The notes under the pieces were generated by a model. It was not told where the DNA came from, searched no databases, and worked only from the letters and a program-made list of their open reading frames with translations. From Cenarchaeum sp. (GTDB lineage: Archaea > Thermoproteota > Nitrososphaeria > Nitrososphaerales > Nitrosopumilaceae): a stretch of 64,000 bases of DNA. Location of the stretch: positions 480,001 to 544,000 of the forward strand of contig CBDESU010000001.1 in NCBI GenBank assembly GCA_965242695.1, given 5' to 3'. The stretch's first letter is position 1, and each line of letters opens with the position of its first letter. Position numbers and translations under genes: made by a program. Below, piece by piece: positions 58,444 to 64,000 of this stretch.

Positions 58444-59176
58444 GCTTGTACCCCTCGGGGGGACCGCGTCCCCTGAGTTCGGCTATCATGTCGGCCGAAG
58501 AAATGTTCGGGTCGTCGTGTTCCCCGAAAAACTCGTCGATTGAACGCGGCTTTGGCGGAAACACGTCGTCGTGGCCGTCCGCTCTCAGTTCCGCGCGCGT
58601 CTCCTCCTCGTCCTTTCTTATGACTTCAATGCAGGTCATGCCCGGGTAGTGCGTGTCGAGCCCCTCGAGTACCGAGCCGGGACGGCCTGCATTGCGGAGC
58701 ACTTCCCTGTAGGCATCCGCTTCGGATTTGAGGCGCGCGACCTTGTCCCTGACCTCCTCCAGCTCTGCAACGGGCTCGGAATCTCCTCCGTTCCTGTATA
58801 CCTCTCCTGTATCGTACAGCAGCCTCATCATGTAGCCGGATGCGATGTATGTGTGGCTCAGCGCCCCGTCCGAGGTGGGCCTGTTGGAAATGTCGGCCAT
58901 GCAGCAAAATATGTCCGACAGCAGGGACGACATGCGGGCGCCTGCGTGGTAGCCCGACCTGCGTGCCTCGTCCCCCATCTGGCGCGCTACCGCACCGCAC
59001 TTTTCCATGTCCGTCAGGCCGGCAGGATCGACGAGCGATACGAACCTGCTCTTGAACTCCTCTTTGGCGGCAACAGCGGCGCTCCTACCCATCTCCCGTT
59101 CCTGTTCCTTGAGCGCTTGCAACAAGAGGGCGGCAAATACGTTATCTAATAAGGGTTTGCGCGTACGCGGCCGCAT
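58409..59176 (-). CDS. Hypothetical protein, putative antitoxin partner of the PIN gene
   Basis: Co-oriented, overlaps the PIN start, acidic C-terminus; true start probably 59093-59125. Confidence 0.55.
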   Translation of the reverse strand: MRPRTRKPLLDNVFAALLLQALKEQEREMGRSAAVAAKEEFKSRFVSLVDPAGLTDMEKCGAVARQMGDEARRSGYHAGARMSSLLSDIFCCMADISNRPTSDGALSHTYIASGYMMRLLYDTGEVYRNGGDSEPVAELEEVRDKVARLKSEADAYREVLRNAGRPGSVLEGLDTHYPGMTCIEVIRKDEEETRAELRADGHDDVFPPKPRSIDEFFGEHDDPNISSADMIAELRGRGPPEGYKLVRIDEGTGQE

Positions 59177-59255
59177 GAACCCGCGGCTGCCGGCGCGGGC
59201 GTCCCAGCGCCGGCGCCGGCTAGCCTGCGCTGCGGGCGGGCCCGCCGCCGCGCGC

Positions 59256-61166
59256 CTACGCCGGCGCCATCCGCGGCACGAATATGTACAGTATGGCGAC
59301 GATCTCGAGCCGCCCGAATATCATCAAAAAGCCCGACACGATCTTGGTGGCGGGGTCCGTATCTAGGTCTATCACGTGCGGCGAGAGCCCGCCGGTCGTA
59401 ATCAGCCCTGCCGCCTCCAGGAACGCCTCGTTGAGCGGCGCGCCCGTCACGGATGCGAGGTGCGCCGCCATGGCGGCGGCGATCAGCGGGAACAGCACGA
59501 GTAGGAGGCCCATAGTCGCGATCTCCTTTTTCTCGACGGGGGTGAGCAGCGCCCTCTTTTTGCGGCTCAGTATATGCACTGCCCTCCGCAGCTGGAGGAA
59601 CCGGAACACCTTGATGCCGCCGGCCGTAGAGTACCCGCACCCGCCGACGAACATGAGCAGTATGAGGACCGCCTGCGCGTGGCCTGCAAGGCCCGTCAGC
59701 CCCTCGAGCGGCATGCCCGTCGTCGTGCCGGCCGAGACCGTGTGGAACGCCCCCTCGAGCGGCTCCATCCCGGTCGACCACGTGAATACGGCCATTGCGG
59801 CGCCGATCATGGCAAAGAACACGACGACCTCCCTGCCGAGCTTTGCCGACATGAACCGCGTGCGCACGAACCCGTAGTGGAACACGAACGGCAGCGCCCC
59901 GAGGATCATCCCCGCTATGAGCACGACGTGCCCCTGCCAGGCCATGCCCTGCAGCATCGTCGACGACGGGACGAACCCGCCGGTCGCTATCGTGCTCATC
60001 GAGAGGGACACGTTGTCGAGTATGTCCGGCTCGCCGACCATGTACAGGAGGACGGCGATGATGACGACGTACACGGTGAATATGACGGTTATGGTCCCGA
60101 ACAGCTCCTTCATGCGCAGCGTCTTGCCGGCGATGAAGCCGCGCATGGACGCGAGCTTGCGCTCGGGGTAGAACGCCGTGATCAGCAGGTATACAAAGCT
60201 CATGCCGCCGACGAGCTGCGTAAAGCTGCGGTAGAACGTGAACGCCTGCGGCAGGTCCTCGGGCTCGTCGAACAGCGAGACGCCGCCCGTCGTGAATCCG
60301 GCCGCGCTCGAGAAGAACCCGTTGGCGAACGCCTCGACGGCCGTCTCGCCGGGCGCCTGCGAGACGTACAGGTACGGCACGGTCCCGAACAGCACGAGCG
60401 TGAACAGGCTCAGAAAGACGAGTATGGACGACTGCTGCATGCTGTCGATGGGCGCCTTTTCGCCGTACGAGTTGAGGAAGAACCCAGTCACGAGCAGCAG
60501 GACGGTCGTCAGGTAGATGCCCGTCGCCGATACGGTGTCGCCGAGGATGGTCGCCACAATGGCCGGCACGAGCAGCAGGACGCCGGCGAACTGGAGGACG
60601 AACCCGAGATTGCCGAGGATTGCCTTGACGGGCGGGCTGAGGAGGCGCGGCTGCGTGGCGGCCGCGTCGCGTATGACCTTTGCTATTGCGGCCTGGACTA
60701 TGATGCCGACGACGCGGCCCCTGCGGTCGACGACGGGCAGCTTGCGGATGCGGTTGTCGCGCATGGACTTTAGCGCCTCGCCGAGGGTCGCGCCGCGGCC
60801 GATCGTCACGAGCGGCGTCGTCATGATGTCGCGCAGCGTCGTGGCCTCGGCGTTGACCGACTCGTCGCCGACCTTGCTGAGTATGTCCTGGTCAGTGACG
60901 ATGCCGACGGCGCCGCCGCCCGCGCCGGTGACGATGATGTCGTCCTTGCCCTTGACCTGCAGCGTGCGCGTGGCCTCGCGCGTAGGCGTGCGCATGTCGA
61001 GCATGACGACGTCGCGGTCCATGTACTTTGAGACGCGCATGCCCTTTGCGTAGCGTATGGACTTTTCCGACTCGGCGCGCGAGACGGACGGCGCCCCGTC
61101 CGCCCCTTCCTCCCCCTCGCCGGCGCCGCCCTCGGGGCGGGCGCCTGCGATCGCATCCTGCGGCAT
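59256..61166 (-). CDS. trkH: CBS-domain / TrkH potassium uptake fusion protein
   Basis: CBS pair (GIVTDQDI, IRKLPVVD), then FTTGG, IATGGF, GTTTG, STAGGIK, ITTGGLS pore loops. Confidence 0.88.
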   Translation of the reverse strand: MPQDAIAGARPEGGAGEGEEGADGAPSVSRAESEKSIRYAKGMRVSKYMDRDVVMLDMRTPTREATRTLQVKGKDDIIVTGAGGGAVGIVTDQDILSKVGDESVNAEATTLRDIMTTPLVTIGRGATLGEALKSMRDNRIRKLPVVDRRGRVVGIIVQAAIAKVIRDAAATQPRLLSPPVKAILGNLGFVLQFAGVLLLVPAIVATILGDTVSATGIYLTTVLLLVTGFFLNSYGEKAPIDSMQQSSILVFLSLFTLVLFGTVPYLYVSQAPGETAVEAFANGFFSSAAGFTTGGVSLFDEPEDLPQAFTFYRSFTQLVGGMSFVYLLITAFYPERKLASMRGFIAGKTLRMKELFGTITVIFTVYVVIIAVLLYMVGEPDILDNVSLSMSTIATGGFVPSSTMLQGMAWQGHVVLIAGMILGALPFVFHYGFVRTRFMSAKLGREVVVFFAMIGAAMAVFTWSTGMEPLEGAFHTVSAGTTTGMPLEGLTGLAGHAQAVLILLMFVGGCGYSTAGGIKVFRFLQLRRAVHILSRKKRALLTPVEKKEIATMGLLLVLFPLIAAAMAAHLASVTGAPLNEAFLEAAGLITTGGLSPHVIDLDTDPATKIVSGFLMIFGRLEIVAILYIFVPRMAPA

Positions 61167-61335
61167 GCCCGCCGGCGCGCGCCGTTTCTAATATTTCAAC
61201 AGTGCCGCATTTCCACGACGCGGGGCCAACCCTGCGCAACGCCGCGACCGGGCGATCGCCGCGGCGGCAGCGCATTGGGCGATCGCACCGGAGCGATCGG
61301 CGCGCCTTTATATGAAGAGATGCGATCGGCGCGCC

Positions 61336-62334
61336 GTGCGGATAGACCAAGAGCCCGACCCGGGCTACGAGGCGGTCCGCATCGTCGGGTGCGGCCCCGA
61401 CGACGAGTACGGCAGCACCGGGCGCCTTGTCCTCAGGGCCGACGGCGGGACCGAGTTCACGATGAGGGTGTGCACGGGCGAGCTCGTCCACCACATCGCC
61501 GAGCTGGTCGGACGCAACCGCGGCGGCGGCGAGGGCGGGCCGGCGGGGAAGGGGGCGACGGCCGGCGACGAGTCGACGCCGATCATACACAGGATGATAG
61601 AGGAGATATGCGAGGCGTGCGGCCTCGTGCTCGTCCGCGTCGAGGTGGACGACGGCGATGCCGGGGAGCCGCCGGCCGGGGCCGGCGCGCCGAGCCGCTC
61701 CTGGCGGGCGTCCCTGTACATGGACGGCGTCGGCGGCGGAAAGGGGGCCGTCCTGCGCGGGTACCGGGTTCCGGACGCCGTCGCGCTCGCGTCGCTGTAC
61801 AACGCGCCGATCCTGTTCGGCCGCTCGATAGTCGACAGGGCCGCGCGCCGGCAGGCCGCCTCGGCGCCGGGCGACGGCTACACGCCGGTGCGCGTGTACG
61901 GGGCGGGGTTTGTCGACAGGCAGCGCATAGAGGGCCTCGTCGTGTTCGAGTCGGCCGACGGCGAAAAGTTTCCCATGTCGGCGTTTACGGGGGACGTCGC
62001 TAGGATCATCGCCGAGCATGCGGGCGAGGACCGCAGCTGCGGCGAGGACCTCCCGACCGTCTACCGCTTGGTAGAGCATGTGTGCTCCCTGCGCGGGCTA
62101 GAGATCGAGCGCGTCCGCATATACGAGAGCGGGCAGGTCATGCGGGCCAACCTGTACCTTGCCGCCTCTGGGGGCGGCGGGAAGGAGGAGGGGGGAGAGG
62201 GGGGCGGCATGGTCCTGCGCAACTACCGCGCCTCGGACGCTACCGTGCTTGCGATGCTCTACGATGCGCCCATCCTCATGAGCGACTCGATCGTCGAAAA
62301 GGCCGCCGAGCATGCCAGGGAAAAGGGCGAGTAG
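61336..62334 (+). CDS. Protein with tandem bifunctional-nuclease (DUF151)-like domains
   Basis: Two similar halves ending YRVPDAVALASLYNAPI and YRASDATVLAMLYDAPI. Confidence 0.75.
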   Translation: MRIDQEPDPGYEAVRIVGCGPDDEYGSTGRLVLRADGGTEFTMRVCTGELVHHIAELVGRNRGGGEGGPAGKGATAGDESTPIIHRMIEEICEACGLVLVRVEVDDGDAGEPPAGAGAPSRSWRASLYMDGVGGGKGAVLRGYRVPDAVALASLYNAPILFGRSIVDRAARRQAASAPGDGYTPVRVYGAGFVDRQRIEGLVVFESADGEKFPMSAFTGDVARIIAEHAGEDRSCGEDLPTVYRLVEHVCSLRGLEIERVRIYESGQVMRANLYLAASGGGGKEEGGEGGGMVLRNYRASDATVLAMLYDAPILMSDSIVEKAAEHAREKGE

Positions 62335-62384
62335 CAAGAGTGGGGGGGAGGGGGCGCCGCGCCAGGCGGCCCGCCCGCGGCAGC

Positions 62385-63494
62385 CTACGTGACGGATCCG
62401 CCGAGCCTGCCGCCCTGGGCGGCCGCACGGATTTCCATTGCGATGCGCCGGCCGATCCCGAACGTCTCGCCGTACTTGTACTTTGTGTAGGGGCTCGTCG
62501 TGGCGAGGATCGGGTTTCCGGGCACGCGCAGCGAGACGTCGTACACGACGATCTCGAGGTCCTTTGTGACAACGCTCTGCAGCGAAAAGGGGCCGATTAT
62601 CCCGGGCGGGTACTCTTTCATTGCCGCCTCTGCGAACCGGTCGCCTGCGTCGAACACGCGGCCTAGCAGCGACTCGCGGACGCTGGCAGGAGTGTGGCCG
62701 ACCTCTATATTCTGGAGGTGCAAGGTAAGGTCACCTTCATGCAGACGCATCTGTTGGAAGGCTGGCAGGGACGTAAAGCCGTCGATGTTGGTTTGCAGGC
62801 GCCGCTCGATCCCGATAAAATCTACCTCGTTGGACTCTGGCGAATAGAAATAGTTGAAGTTTAGGTATGCGCCGATCACCAGCTCTTCTATCGAGGCAGA
62901 TGCAAGGCTGGCCTCTGATGCGATTCCTTTGCGCACCCTTTCATTAGTGAACATTTGATAGAACTCACGGGATGGCACGGTAAAGAACGCGCGCTCAAGC
63001 GGCCGGCCGTCCTCCATGGCCTTTACGATTACGGGCCCGTCGATCTCGTCGGGCGAGGCGTACACGCGCGGGTGCCGTATTCCGGCGGCGCGCAGCAGGT
63101 GGTACTGCCCGCGCGCCTCTGACCGCTCCTCGGCGCGCAGCATCGAGCGGCTGCCGAACAGCGGAACCCTGAGCCTGTCCTCTATGCCGTCGTACCCGAG
63201 GTACGCCGTCAGCGAGCGGTGAGGGACCACGACGGCGTTGAGCGAGCGCAGCCGATCCTGCGTCGCATCGCCGAGCATGTCTCTGAACGACTTGAGCACG
63301 ATGGTCTCGTCGGCCAGGCGGGAAAAGCGCCGGTACGGCCCCTCCCTCCCCTTCTCGCATATGACGGCGGTGCGCAGCCCCTCGTCCTTTGCGCCGTCCA
63401 TGATCTCGAGGGCCGAGTGGCTGCCAAGGACGGCCACCGTCACGTCCGGCCCGTACCCGTCGGCGACGGCGGACATGTCTGCCCTGTCGATCAT
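62385..63494 (-). CDS. purP: PurP-family ATP-grasp FAICAR synthetase
   Basis: LGSHSALEIMDGAKDEG, ERAFF, VGHTPASVRESLL, PPGIIGPFSLQ, GRRIAMEI. Confidence 0.92.
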   Translation of the reverse strand: MIDRADMSAVADGYGPDVTVAVLGSHSALEIMDGAKDEGLRTAVICEKGREGPYRRFSRLADETIVLKSFRDMLGDATQDRLRSLNAVVVPHRSLTAYLGYDGIEDRLRVPLFGSRSMLRAEERSEARGQYHLLRAAGIRHPRVYASPDEIDGPVIVKAMEDGRPLERAFFTVPSREFYQMFTNERVRKGIASEASLASASIEELVIGAYLNFNYFYSPESNEVDFIGIERRLQTNIDGFTSLPAFQQMRLHEGDLTLHLQNIEVGHTPASVRESLLGRVFDAGDRFAEAAMKEYPPGIIGPFSLQSVVTKDLEIVVYDVSLRVPGNPILATTSPYTKYKYGETFGIGRRIAMEIRAAAQGGRLGGSVT

Positions 63495-63719
63495 GCAGGG
63501 CGGCGGCGCGGCGGCCCGTATAATAGTGCGCGCGGCCCGAACGTCGCCGGCGGGACGATCCTCCTGAACAGGGCGCGCAACCTAGCGGGGATGCGGCTCT
63601 GGGTGCGAGGGATCGCGGGAGCCTGCGCCCAACCAGGCGGGGTGTTCGGCGCCGCAAGTGACCTCTTAGGCGAGCGCGGCAGGCGCCGCCGGGCCGGCTC
63701 GCCCTGTGCCGCGCCGCCG

Positions 63720-64000
63720 TCATTCGTCGCCTTGCGCCTCCATTATGGAGCTGATGGCGATCGTATCATGGTACAGGACATCGTTCACGCGGACAAACTC
63801 CTCCTGCGATATTCCGTACTCCTCGTCCCGCTCGACCGGCCTTGTGCGGTAGCCCCCGCCGGCATTTGGCTCGAAGACGTACGCAGACACCTCGTCGGGG
63901 GCCAGATAGTCGTCCCTGCCGTAGCCGGGTACACTCGATCGCACTTCAGGGGCAAAGTCGCCGACCATCAGGTACTTTGCGAGCTTTTCCAGCAGAAAGA
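63720..64000 (-). CDS. C-terminus of probable AAA_15/AAA_21-type ATPase (5' end outside window)
   Basis: Frame open to window edge: FLLEKLAKYLM...YLAPDEVSAYVF...GISQEEFVRVNDVLY, resembling tails that follow the THS motif. Confidence 0.5.
   Translation of the reverse strand, partial: FLLEKLAKYLMVGDFAPEVRSSVPGYGRDDYLAPDEVSAYVFEPNAGGGYRTRPVERDEEYGISQEEFVRVNDVLYHDTIAISSIMEAQGDE

Overview
GC-rich archaeal chromosome segment, most consistent with Nitrososphaerota (Nitrosopumilaceae-like): CdvA, CFI-box-CTERM tail, EF-2, SRP54, Pus10, eIF5A, PurP, double-domain ThyX. A Cenarchaeum-like sponge symbiont is an inference from the high GC, Gly/Ala-rich linkers and many TPR genes. Most of the window is housekeeping backbone with short AT-rich TATA boxes about 21-25 nt upstream of start codons. 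The strongest candidate for an undescribed system occurs twice in inverted orientation (30.9-34.9 kb and 48.4-51.1 kb). It consists of a HEPN-like (Rx4H) RNase domain fused to arrays of near-identical 102-bp TPR repeats, a convergent small partner gene with a hypervariable repeat, and an orphan TPR-tail fragment; the first locus also has a duplicated long non-coding hairpin. Other points of note are a duplicated convergent PIN / Panacea-like pair with lesions in both PIN copies, a ThyX-MsrB fusion, and AT-shifted patches inside thyX and purP. No tRNA, rRNA, CRISPR array, transposase or integrase was recognised. All family calls come from motif recognition by eye; no searches were run.
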